A stretch of DNA of 38,714 bases, taken from assembly GCA_949538025.1 (NCBI GenBank), contig CATISI010000210.1, positions 1 through 38,714 of the forward strand. Direction: 5' to 3'. Positions 26,441 through 35,427 of the stretch are shown here, one piece after another. The position numbers and the translations under genes were made by a program. Below the pieces are notes generated by a model. It made no database searches. It saw only the letters and a program-made list of their open reading frames with translations, and was not told the DNA's origin. The stretch is from Candidatus Poseidoniaceae archaeon. Its GTDB lineage: Archaea > Thermoplasmatota > Poseidoniia > Poseidoniales > Poseidoniaceae. Every line of letters begins with the position of its first letter. Within the stretch, counting starts at the first letter, position 1.

Positions 26441-27931
26441 TTAGGAATCAGCGTATTTTCTTATATAATCCTCAGTTTTGAACTTGCGCTGAGTTGAAGC
26501 TGATGTCATGTAACGTACTTTTCCAAACACGGCCCGTTCAAACCAACCACGGTCGAATCGCCCGAAAATCCAGAAAATACCTGTGTAGGAATTCGGATCA
26601 CGGCCATCAAGTGCCCATCGGTCGTTCAACCGAATCAACCAATCGCATGCAGTTTCAGGGTCAGGGCACCATTCCAGAACTTTCTTGCCCCAGAGCATTC
26701 GGAGGTAGTTGTGGATAATGCCTTCCTTACGAAGTTGATGTTGAGCCGCATTCCAAAGCGGGTCGTGCGTTTCGCCTCGCTCGAGTTGCTCGAAGGTGTA
26801 GATGTATGGTCGCTCGTCGTCGGCGTGTTCTTGGAGGGTATTTTTTGCCCATTCCGGTAGCGTCTCGTAGGACGTGTGGTCGGGATGTTCAAAGCAATAA
26901 ACGAACCCGAGTTCTCGCCATGTGATAACTTGGTCGAGGAATGCCTCAGCGCCCTCGCTCATACCCCACCATCCTGCACGGCGGCCGTTATGTGGCGGGG
27001 GGATTTTCATAGGATTCCAGTCCTCAAAATTGAGCACTTCATGAACAATTTCAAACGACGAAATGTGTCCGAAATGGAGCCAAGGTGATAATCCACTTCC
27101 ACCACTGCGTTCAGGATGGTTGCGGTCAATGTGGTAGGTATCAAGACGCTGTTCAATAAATTTCTTCAGTTCGGTACGCGCAGTGAGGGAACCTCCTCGA
27201 CGGTTATCGACCGGTAAGACTTCATGATCGATATCGAGGACTGCAAGTGCCTCCCTGCCCTCACGCGAGGCTTCGGAAACTCGCCAAATGAACTCAAGAG
27301 GCGTTGTTGGAACATCTGCATCTCTGAAGCACTGAGTAGCGATGTGGGAACCACTGCCGACGTCTGATAGGTTCTTTAGAGGATTCGATGATGGTGGTGT
27401 TGAAACAAAATTCAGGACGTTTTGATGGATGTAGCGCCTGAAAGAGTGGGCCGTAGAGAAGGATCGTTCAGGAGCCCGAAGTGGGATGATTCCGTTACTA
27501 TCAACACATTGAACTGAGCAATCTGCGAGATTCTTTGCACGTCGAGCGACGTCCCGAGGCATATACGTCGGGAAGTCGTCGATGACGACAGCAACAGCAT
27601 CTCTCGAAAAGGACTGCAAGAGACCTCCAGCTTGTGCTTTCTTCGTTTCGACGTATGGAATATATGTGACGGGGCTTCCTTCGAACAACTTTCTGTTGTC
27701 AATCATTCCTTGGAGGACAAACGTATGAATTCGGTCGTTCGCCCAATGGTGCCCGAGTGCGAGGCACTCAACGACGATGAGGGGGACGTTGTGTTTGTTG
27801 GCAAGTTCGATGGCGTGGTCAAGTGCGTAATTCCACCGTGCTCGCCTGGCACTTGTCATCCAATAGACAATGTGTGAGCCGTCCGGATTGACCGGCTTGT
27901 CATTGGCATCGATGCGTCGGTCGTCAATCAC
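26441..27931 (-). CDS. phr: Deoxyribodipyrimidine photolyase (class II-like CPD photolyase)
   Basis: VYWM, SGLSPWLHFGHIS, WREL, THDPLWNAAQ, HNYLRMLWGKKVLEW, LDGRDPNSY and ER.VFGKVRYM motifs; GTG start overlaps the NUDIX stop (GTGA). Confidence 0.95.
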   Translation of the reverse strand: MIDDRRIDANDKPVNPDGSHIVYWMTSARRARWNYALDHAIELANKHNVPLIVVECLALGHHWANDRIHTFVLQGMIDNRKLFEGSPVTYIPYVETKKAQAGGLLQSFSRDAVAVVIDDFPTYMPRDVARRAKNLADCSVQCVDSNGIIPLRAPERSFSTAHSFRRYIHQNVLNFVSTPPSSNPLKNLSDVGSGSHIATQCFRDADVPTTPLEFIWRVSEASREGREALAVLDIDHEVLPVDNRRGGSLTARTELKKFIEQRLDTYHIDRNHPERSGGSGLSPWLHFGHISSFEIVHEVLNFEDWNPMKIPPPHNGRRAGWWGMSEGAEAFLDQVITWRELGFVYCFEHPDHTSYETLPEWAKNTLQEHADDERPYIYTFEQLERGETHDPLWNAAQHQLRKEGIIHNYLRMLWGKKVLEWCPDPETACDWLIRLNDRWALDGRDPNSYTGIFWIFGRFDRGWFERAVFGKVRYMTSASTQRKFKTEDYIRKYADS

Positions 27932-28425
27932 TGGACCACCTCTTCGGAGAGCGTCATGCGGCCATCGCTGAAGACCAACTGATAGGGTCTCTTTGATTCG
28001 GTACTGAGATCGATGAGTGGAAGTGATGAGTCTTTAAGAGCGACCTCAGCAAATCCTCGCATTGCAGCAGAAACCCATTCAATGCTATCGAATTCTTCTG
28101 CTGTAAAAAATCGTAAATCTGAGATTTCATCTTCTTGTGGCTTCGCATCGAAATTGCTCGCCGAAATTTTGTAGCATAGGAAGAGGCCGACACCTTGTCT
28201 GGTCTGCGTTGTCCTTAATCCAATAAAACCCGAGACGTCTCCTGTGATGTTTGTTTCTTCGTGAAGTTCACGCAGTACTGCGTTTTCGATGGATTCGTTG
28301 GATTCAACGTGTCCTTTTGGGAGACCCCAACATCCAGCATAGGTTCCTTTGGCTTCTTGCACCAAAAGGATGCAGGAATCTGTGACTACAGCAGCAGCCA
28401 CGCCGATGTCAAAGTCTCCAGCCAC
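27928..28425 (-). CDS. NUDIX hydrolase
   Basis: Nudix box WGLPKGHVESNESIENAVLRELHEETNI. Confidence 0.9.
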   Translation of the reverse strand: MAGDFDIGVAAAVVTDSCILLVQEAKGTYAGCWGLPKGHVESNESIENAVLRELHEETNITGDVSGFIGLRTTQTRQGVGLFLCYKISASNFDAKPQEDEISDLRFFTAEEFDSIEWVSAAMRGFAEVALKDSSLPLIDLSTESKRPYQLVFSDGRMTLSEEVVQ

Positions 28426-28532
28426 GGGTAGATTTGAGCGGGCCCAGTATTTGAAGAACCGTTTACAAAATCGTCACAAGAACAGTTGTTAAGAAACAGT
28501 CCTTTATACATAGAACGTCGTTATCATGAATT
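28426..28532. promoter_or_regulatory. Divergent promoter region (NUDIX-phr arm versus ribA arm); TATA box TTTATACA at 28503-28510
   Basis: TATA-like element about 30 nt upstream of the ribA ATG; repeated AAGAAC(C/A)GTT motifs at 28454-28463 and 28478-28487. Confidence 0.6.
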
Positions 28533-29144
28533 ATGAAGGCAACAGCGGCCAAGAATTACACAGCAGTTCCAGCAGATGCAAGACTGCCGACAAAGTACGG
28601 AGAGTTTCGAATACGATCCTATGTTGACCCGCGCGACGGTGCTGAACATGCAGCCATTTACTATGGCGACATGAACGAACAAGCTCCTCCCTTGGTCCGC
28701 GTACACTCAGAATGCCTAACCGGAGATGCGCTTGGTAGCCTAAGATGCGATTGCGGACCACAACTCCAGCACGCCCTCAAGACCATCCAAAAGGCTGGTC
28801 GCGGTATTGTTCTGTACCTCCGCCAAGAAGGTCGAGGCATTGGCCTGTTCGCAAAAATGCAGGCATACAACCTTCAGGACCGAGGGCTAGACACCCTTGA
28901 TGCAAACCTAGCGCTAAATCTTCCTGCCGATGGTCGCGATTACAAAATAGCTGCACACATGCTCAACGATATTGGCATCGACAGTATTCGGCTGATGACC
29001 AACAACCCAGATAAAGTCGAGCAACTCAGTCAACACGGAATCAACGTCGTTGATCGGGTCGAGCACAAGGCCGGAATCTGTACCGAGAATATAGAATACT
29101 TGCAAACTAAAGTGGCGCGAATGCGTCATATTTTGCCATTTTGA
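28533..29144 (+). CDS. ribA: GTP cyclohydrolase II (bacterial-type)
   Basis: LPTKYGEF, VRVHSECLTGD..GSLRCDCG Zn motif, QEGRGIGL, LDT..AN, RLMTNNPDK motifs. Confidence 0.96.
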   Translation: MKATAAKNYTAVPADARLPTKYGEFRIRSYVDPRDGAEHAAIYYGDMNEQAPPLVRVHSECLTGDALGSLRCDCGPQLQHALKTIQKAGRGIVLYLRQEGRGIGLFAKMQAYNLQDRGLDTLDANLALNLPADGRDYKIAAHMLNDIGIDSIRLMTNNPDKVEQLSQHGINVVDRVEHKAGICTENIEYLQTKVARMRHILPF

Positions 29145-29155
29145 GGTCGATGCAC

Positions 29156-29680
29156 ATGGGGGAAGTCATATTGACGGCGGACCGCCTCACACAAGCGGAG
29201 GCGAAGCGGGTGAGCAAAGATTTGATTGGTGAACTTGCTCCTGAATTCTCGCTAACAGACGATGCGGGCAACGAATTTCAAAGCTCGAGCTTGGATGGTT
29301 CGTGGAGAATTCTGTTCTTCTACGCCAAGGACGGCTCCCCGACCTGCAAACGCGGGTGTTTGACCTTCAAAGAACAACACGACTTGTTTGTTTCAGCGGG
29401 ATGTCAAGTCATTGGAATTGGCGAAGGAACAAGCGAATCACATGCCAAATTTAAGAAGGAACTTGGTGGGCTTCCGTTCCCACTTCTTGCAGATCCCGAC
29501 CGTGCAGTTGCAGACAAATTCCTCGTACCTGTTCACCTCGGAATGTTCCCTGCAAAATCGAGTTTCCTCATTGGACCAGATAACCGGATTCATCACGTCT
29601 ACGACTGGCTCTTCCGCCCCCGTCGTCACGTCGCTCGAATTCTCAAGAGCCTCTCAACCGTCACCGGAGGGTCCGACTGA
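29156..29680 (+). CDS. BCP/PrxQ-like peroxiredoxin-fold protein with altered active site
   Basis: G..APEFSL.D..G, LFFY.KD.SP.C, FPLLADPD, FLIG motifs; GAGGT SD before ATG 29156. Confidence 0.82.
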   Translation: MGEVILTADRLTQAEAKRVSKDLIGELAPEFSLTDDAGNEFQSSSLDGSWRILFFYAKDGSPTCKRGCLTFKEQHDLFVSAGCQVIGIGEGTSESHAKFKKELGGLPFPLLADPDRAVADKFLVPVHLGMFPAKSSFLIGPDNRIHHVYDWLFRPRRHVARILKSLSTVTGGSD

Positions 29681-31077
29681 TGTGGGACAGTCTTCTTAAC
29701 GAGGCTGGCCTAACGGAGCGAGAAGTTCGCTCCATCATGGTGCTCGGCAACAATCCAAACATGCGAGCAAGCGAACTCGCCAAAGAACTACAAACCACTC
29801 GACTCGATGCATACAACAGCCTATCCCGCTTGCAAGAGATGGGCATCGTTACCGCTACCGCAGACCGCCCGATGTTGTTCTCGAGCCTTCGAGTCGACGA
29901 GGCTCTGCAACACATCATCGAGATGCGACGACGCCAACTGGACAACCTCGAGGAGGGTTTTAATGAACTCTCAAAAGGCATCAGTGAAGCGAACGCTTCC
30001 TATGAGGCAAATCGACGCCAAAGAGACGAGCCACGGTTCGCTGTGTTGAAGGAGCGAAGCCACATCTATCGACGTCTGGAACGAATGGCAGAAGAAGCCG
30101 AAGAACGACTTGTGCTCCTGCTCGGACGCTACGGTATTCTGCACCTTTGCCGAAGTGAAGCACTCGAGACCGTCAACATGGTCGCAGAAAAAGGCGTTGT
30201 TGTACAGGTCATTGCTCAACTCGATCGACGAACAACTCGATTTTTCCAGAAACTCCACGATTCCATCGAAATCAAGCACTCTGACGATCTCGACTCTCAA
30301 GGATTCTTGCAAGATTGTACCCACGTTGTTCAATTCTTGAACATCGAGGAAAACCCGGTTGGGCGAGGCAAGGAAGATGCAGCGTTGGTTATCGAAAGTG
30401 AGCCCTTCGCCAAAGCACAAGAAAATCTCATCGATACAATTTGGGAAGATGCCGTTCAGTTCGAAGTTGCTGAGGCTCGATTCTCCAAAGGTCGAATCCA
30501 TGATCCGCTCCGACTAACCATTGGCGAAGGCTCCTTCCTCGACTCACTCGTTGGCGCATTGGGCGTGGACGACCTGCCCGAACACGACACACCGTTCGAC
30601 CCAGATGCTTTCCTTGCGGCAGGTACTGAAGTCAATCAAGCACGACAAGAGCTTACCAAGGGTCGACTATCGAATCTGAAAATTCTCGGTATTGATCTCT
30701 CACGTATGCTTCGTCAAGTAGGAAACCGTGTTGGTCATGAACTCGCATTTTCACTTCGATCTATCGAGAATCACGTCGAATTCCTGGATGAAATGATGGA
30801 TTGGTGGGAGTTTGCTGGCCTTGGTCGACTCGAGTATGGCATTGACCCAGTATTCCACGTACAGGTTGGCCTAGACCATCCACCGAGTGAGGATCCAGAC
30901 GTCCTCCCGATGTGGGAACTCGACGATGGTATCATTGAAGGTGCTTTGATGACACGCTTCCCGAAAGATGGGAACGTCAACGTCCGACGATACGACGGGA
31001 CAGGTCAGCCAGATGACCTTTGGCGCTATCACATCATCATGAACAATGAAGAACAGCCAGCAGAACCATCGTCATAA
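29680..31077 (+). CDS. TrmB-family transcriptional regulator with central effector-like domain and C-terminal V4R-like domain
   Basis: GLTERE...ASELAK....R..AY..L..L...GIV.....RP..F winged-HTH pattern, coiled coil, alpha/beta middle domain, C-terminal LRQVG.RVG..LA...W..AGLG...GIIEG.L. Confidence 0.82.
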   Translation: MWDSLLNEAGLTEREVRSIMVLGNNPNMRASELAKELQTTRLDAYNSLSRLQEMGIVTATADRPMLFSSLRVDEALQHIIEMRRRQLDNLEEGFNELSKGISEANASYEANRRQRDEPRFAVLKERSHIYRRLERMAEEAEERLVLLLGRYGILHLCRSEALETVNMVAEKGVVVQVIAQLDRRTTRFFQKLHDSIEIKHSDDLDSQGFLQDCTHVVQFLNIEENPVGRGKEDAALVIESEPFAKAQENLIDTIWEDAVQFEVAEARFSKGRIHDPLRLTIGEGSFLDSLVGALGVDDLPEHDTPFDPDAFLAAGTEVNQARQELTKGRLSNLKILGIDLSRMLRQVGNRVGHELAFSLRSIENHVEFLDEMMDWWEFAGLGRLEYGIDPVFHVQVGLDHPPSEDPDVLPMWELDDGIIEGALMTRFPKDGNVNVRRYDGTGQPDDLWRYHIIMNNEEQPAEPSS

Positions 31078-31886
31078 TGGGCCCAAACGAAACCACCGTC
31101 TTGGTTGTCTTTGCTTACGTTACAACTGCATGGCTAAAGACCGTTTCATCTGGTAATGTTACTGTAATGGATGTTCTTTGGGGGATGGGTTTTGTCATCA
31201 TCGCTTGGACCCGGTTTTTGTGGTCGAACACTATCAACATTGCAGCAATTGCATGTCTCGTGTGCGTCACACTATGGGGGCTAAGGCTCGGTTTTGTTCT
31301 GCATAAGCGAACCAAAAATCGGGGAGAAGATCCTCGCTACGTACGGATGCGTGAAACTGCTGGACGGCACTGGTGGTGGATCAGTTTTCTACAAGTCTTC
31401 GTCCTCCAAGGCCTTCTTCTTCTCATCATCGCCTTACCCATTTTCCTACTCATTCCAGGACCTCCTGATTCCGTGGATTGGACAGCGGAAAAAATCATCT
31501 TATCATTGGTTTGCTTGATTGGTTTTTTGATTGGGTTGCTACTTGAACACAAAGCCGACATGGAGCTGAAGCGATTTCGAGAACTCCATGGACCTGGGCA
31601 TCTCAAAACCGATGGGATGTTTTCAGTCACGCGCCACCCCAACCATCTCGGGGAGGCTATTCTCTGGTGGTCCGTCGGTGTATTCGCGGTCGTCGTTGGA
31701 GGCAGCAATGCATTGGTTGCCCTGATTGGGCCAGCAATCCTTACACTTCTCCTACGTTATGTGAGCGGCGTCAAGATGTCCGAGGTCGACTTACAGGAAC
31801 GTAATGGTTACCAAGAATGGGTGACGAAGACTCCTGCGATGTTCGCAAACCCCATACGTGCACTCTTGAAGAAAAACGCCGATTGA
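31077..31886 (+). CDS. DUF1295 family membrane protein (steroid 5-alpha-reductase-like)
   Basis: DVLWG.GF, WGLRLG, GEDPRY, F.LQG, E.KAD.EL..F, RHPNHLGE..LWW, SGV..SE and Y..W...T..F motifs. Confidence 0.9.
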   Translation: MGPNETTVLVVFAYVTTAWLKTVSSGNVTVMDVLWGMGFVIIAWTRFLWSNTINIAAIACLVCVTLWGLRLGFVLHKRTKNRGEDPRYVRMRETAGRHWWWISFLQVFVLQGLLLLIIALPIFLLIPGPPDSVDWTAEKIILSLVCLIGFLIGLLLEHKADMELKRFRELHGPGHLKTDGMFSVTRHPNHLGEAILWWSVGVFAVVVGGSNALVALIGPAILTLLLRYVSGVKMSEVDLQERNGYQEWVTKTPAMFANPIRALLKKNAD

Positions 31887-31911
31887 TAAATGGAAGGGGG
31901 ATTTTCTATCT

Positions 31912-33201
31912 ATGCGCCTCCTGACATTTGTCCGGTTTATTCGTATGATTACGAAGGATGGGCCTGCTGATTTGAACAAAATTCAGGACATGGGTCTTCT
32001 CGCTGTCAAACTTACCCAAATCTTTGCACTTCGACCAGATCTTCTTTCGGAAGAGAAGTGCCGACAACTGCAATCTCTATATCAACGAGCAAATTCCATA
32101 CCTAAAGAAGACTCAATGAAACTGATTGCAGACCGAGCGCCATCCGGTTTCCTCGATGCCTTCGAATCGTTTGAAGAGGAACCGTTCGCAGCGGCAAGCA
32201 TTGGCCAAGTTCACCGTGGTGTGTTGAAAGATGGTAGTGAAGTGGTTGTCAAAATCATCAAATCCGATTTTGAGAAATCCTTCCGCAAGGATGTTGCTCG
32301 AATGCGACGATGGCTTCGCATCGGCCTCTTTTTGAATCCACGATTGCGGAAGGTGGGAAATCCTGTTGGGTTGCTTCAACACGTCGAAGATTACACACTG
32401 AGGGAGCTCGATCTCCGAAATGAAATCCAAGGGGCTGAATTACTTCAAACCAAAGCAAAAGAAGTTGCGCATCAGTTTCCTATGCCGTTGTTGAAGTTCC
32501 CGAAGGTTTGGCCAGAGTTATCCAATCGCCACGTGCTGGTTATGGAGCACATCAAAGCACCAACACTCGAATCGCGTTTGGCCAACAAAGACCTTTCATG
32601 GGAAGATTTGTTGCAGCTTTTCCGCATCCACGGAGCCTACATGTTCGGCATCGGAACCTTCCACGGTGATCTTCACCCTGGCAACGCCATGGTCGATAGC
32701 GATGGAATGTTCACGTTCATTGATACAGGAGCAATTTCACATGCACCAGAAAGCGTTCGTTCAGCATTGTTTGGTTTCTTTTACTATCTTGCAAAAGGAG
32801 AACTTGAGGATGCATTCGAAGCCATGTTGACCATGGCTGATACGCCTCCGACGGGCGACGCAAAAGAACGTTACATGCGTGAAATGTATGAAACATACGA
32901 CGGCTTTGTTGGAAAATCGGTAAGTGAAGTCAGCCTCACTCAACAGATGATGAAAACGGTACGAATTGCGGTCCTGGCTGGGTGCCGATTCGGTGAGGAA
33001 GCCTTCCCAATCATCAGGTCTCTGATGTACATGGACGGCATGGTTTTACGGGGGCATCCTGAAGTCGATCTTATCTCGTCGATGGGCCCTTACCTTGATG
33101 AGTTTGCATCGATCGTCGAGTTACCATACACAGGAGACTCAAGTTCTCAAAAGACATCAACGGCGGCCTTTTGGGAAGGGAATTTGAAGCCCACCGACTA
33201 G
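31912..33201 (+). CDS. ABC1/UbiB/AarF family atypical kinase
   Basis: KLTQ..A.RPDLL, PFAAASIGQVHRG, VVVK, ELD..NE, VLVME and FHGDLHPGN motifs. Confidence 0.92.
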   Translation: MRLLTFVRFIRMITKDGPADLNKIQDMGLLAVKLTQIFALRPDLLSEEKCRQLQSLYQRANSIPKEDSMKLIADRAPSGFLDAFESFEEEPFAAASIGQVHRGVLKDGSEVVVKIIKSDFEKSFRKDVARMRRWLRIGLFLNPRLRKVGNPVGLLQHVEDYTLRELDLRNEIQGAELLQTKAKEVAHQFPMPLLKFPKVWPELSNRHVLVMEHIKAPTLESRLANKDLSWEDLLQLFRIHGAYMFGIGTFHGDLHPGNAMVDSDGMFTFIDTGAISHAPESVRSALFGFFYYLAKGELEDAFEAMLTMADTPPTGDAKERYMREMYETYDGFVGKSVSEVSLTQQMMKTVRIAVLAGCRFGEEAFPIIRSLMYMDGMVLRGHPEVDLISSMGPYLDEFASIVELPYTGDSSSQKTSTAAFWEGNLKPTD

Positions 33202-33217
33202 TGGCGTAAAACGTCGA

Positions 33218-33225
33218 TTTATAAG
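33218..33225 (+). promoter_or_regulatory. Archaeal TATA box upstream of crtI (likely leaderless transcript)
   Basis: TTTATAAG 29 nt upstream of ATG 33247, preceded by A-rich BRE-like AAAA; no SD seen. Confidence 0.7.
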
Positions 33226-33246
33226 CCGCATCTCGGTAGTAGAAAT

Positions 33247-34854
33247 ATGACTACCCTCAATGCACCAACCGCCATCATCGTAGGCTCAGGACCCGGGGGT
33301 CTTGCCTCCGCACTTCTACTCGCTCATTCTGGTGTCAAAGTCACCGTACTCGAAAAGGCCGATGCAGTCGGTGGACGCACTAGACTCTTCACAAAAGACG
33401 GCTACACATTTGACCGTGGACCAACTTTCTTCCATTACCCAGAGGTCATCGAAGAAATTTTTCAAGCCATTGGTCGCGATGCCCACAAGGAACTTGGGCT
33501 GATGCCGTTGGACCCAATGTATCGTCTCGTCTTTGGCGCAGGTGGCCACATCGATGCAACAAGCAACCTTGAAGAAATGACTGAACGTATTCGAGAACTT
33601 GCTGGCGATAAGAACGCTGACGGATTCAAAAACTACGTCAAGCAGAATCGTAAGAAACTGGACCTCAGCAAAAAGTGCTTGCAAACCCCTTGGAGAAGCC
33701 CGTTGGACATTCTATCTAAACGTGCCATGCGGGTTGCTTCCGTCCTCAAGCCTTGGGCCAGCGTTGCTGGCGATCTTGGTAAGCACTTCGACGATGAGCG
33801 CATCAGACTGGCTATGTCATTCCAAACCAAGTATCTGGGAATGAGCCCATTCCATGCACCATCGCTGTTTACCATTCTCGCTTTCCTTGAGTATGAGCAC
33901 GGAATCTTCCACGCCAAAGGAGGCTTAGGAAGCATCACGGCCCGAATGGGCGAAATCGCTGAAGAGATGGGTGTCGATATCCGACTTAGCACTCCAGTCA
34001 AGTCCCTCATCTATGAAGGCAAGACCGTCACCGGCGTTCGAATTGACGGTGGCGACATAATGGCGGACAGAGTGGTCGTCAACGCTGATTTTGCTCATGC
34101 CATGACTACCCTTGTACCCAACGAAAAGCGAAAGAAGTGGTCAGACAAAAAGCTGGAAAAGAAAGGGTACTCCTGCTCGACGTTCATGCTTTACCTCGGT
34201 GTAGACAAACAATACGATCTGCCGCATCATCAGATTTATGCATCTTCTGAATACGAAAACAACCTCAAGGACATCACAAACCATCGGCTTACTTGGGACG
34301 ACCCCTCCGTTTACGTGCAAAATGCTTCAATCACCGATGATTCGCTTGCTCCTGAAGGCCACTCAACTGTTTATGTTCTCGTGCCTGTACCAAACCAACA
34401 CGAAAGCATCGTTTGGGATGATATCAAAGCAGATTTCAGAGAAATCGTTGTTAAGCAACTTTCGAAACTGGGCTACGATGATATCGGCGACCACATCGTC
34501 TCAGAGACCGTGATTACACCAGATGACTGGGGCGCATCTGACATCTACCGTGGTGCAGTTTTCAATCTTACACACGATCTCAAGCAAATGTTGTGGCGAC
34601 GCCCACACAACCGATTTGAAGAAGCCAACAACCTCTACATTGTTGGCGGTGGAACTCATCCAGGCAGTGGCCTCCCTACCATTTTTGAAAGCGCCCGCAT
34701 CAGCAGCAAATTGGTACTTGATGACCTAGGAATCGACCCTGATTGGAACGGTGTCGATACGTGGTTTGAAGGAATTCGACGTTCACCCCGTGGACGCAAA
34801 GCTCAGCGAAGAGTGACGGCAGCGAAAGAAACTGGCACGCCGACCAACGCTTGA
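33247..34854 (+). CDS. crtI: Phytoene desaturase family protein (CrtI/CrtN-like)
   Basis: IIVGSGPGGL FAD motif, GY.FD.GPT, FQ.KYLGMSP, SCSTFMLYLG, LAPEG..T.YVLVPVP and GGGTHPGSGLPTIFESARI motifs. Confidence 0.93.
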   Translation: MTTLNAPTAIIVGSGPGGLASALLLAHSGVKVTVLEKADAVGGRTRLFTKDGYTFDRGPTFFHYPEVIEEIFQAIGRDAHKELGLMPLDPMYRLVFGAGGHIDATSNLEEMTERIRELAGDKNADGFKNYVKQNRKKLDLSKKCLQTPWRSPLDILSKRAMRVASVLKPWASVAGDLGKHFDDERIRLAMSFQTKYLGMSPFHAPSLFTILAFLEYEHGIFHAKGGLGSITARMGEIAEEMGVDIRLSTPVKSLIYEGKTVTGVRIDGGDIMADRVVVNADFAHAMTTLVPNEKRKKWSDKKLEKKGYSCSTFMLYLGVDKQYDLPHHQIYASSEYENNLKDITNHRLTWDDPSVYVQNASITDDSLAPEGHSTVYVLVPVPNQHESIVWDDIKADFREIVVKQLSKLGYDDIGDHIVSETVITPDDWGASDIYRGAVFNLTHDLKQMLWRRPHNRFEEANNLYIVGGGTHPGSGLPTIFESARISSKLVLDDLGIDPDWNGVDTWFEGIRRSPRGRKAQRRVTAAKETGTPTNA

Positions 34855-34863
34855 GGGAACAAC

Positions 34864-35427
34864 GTGCGTTTCGTTGCCCTCATTGTCCTTTTATTCCTAT
34901 CGGGCTGCCTCGAATCAACGATTGAAGATGGTCGGGTTTTCACCGTTGAAACACTCGATCGACCAGAAGATGCTGGTCCGATGTATTCCATGAAAGATAA
35001 CCTCAGTGAAGGGCCCGTGTTGGTTCTCTTCATCGGTGTTGGCTGCATCGGCTGCAAGGACTGGACTGATGACTTGCGTGAGCATCACAACGACTGGATG
35101 ACACAAGATCCACCTCTGCAAATTGTCTCCGTCGAGCGGTATCTCAATTTCGAAACAAAGGAAGATGTCGCAGAAGAATTCGGTTTCTTAGACAGCAACC
35201 ACTACACGCCATGGCCGATTGTTCTGCCAACCGATGATGACTCCATCCAAAGAATTGAAGACCAAGCCAATTTGAGCCAATCCATTTTCGAATACTACGG
35301 CCTTCCTGGTACACCTGCATTGTTCCTCATCGATCAAAACGGTGTCATCCAATGGGAAAGTGACACCTACTATCCGAACGAGAACTCCATTGACGAGATT
35401 GAAAAGGCGTACAACAAGGTGATTTGA
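34864..35427 (+). CDS. Thioredoxin/TlpA-like lipoprotein (CxxC)
   Basis: Lipobox-like LSGC after a hydrophobic stretch; PVLVLF...CIGC; GTP..FLIDQNG. Confidence 0.82.
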   Translation: MRFVALIVLLFLSGCLESTIEDGRVFTVETLDRPEDAGPMYSMKDNLSEGPVLVLFIGVGCIGCKDWTDDLREHHNDWMTQDPPLQIVSVERYLNFETKEDVAEEFGFLDSNHYTPWPIVLPTDDDSIQRIEDQANLSQSIFEYYGLPGTPALFLIDQNGVIQWESDTYYPNENSIDEIEKAYNKVI

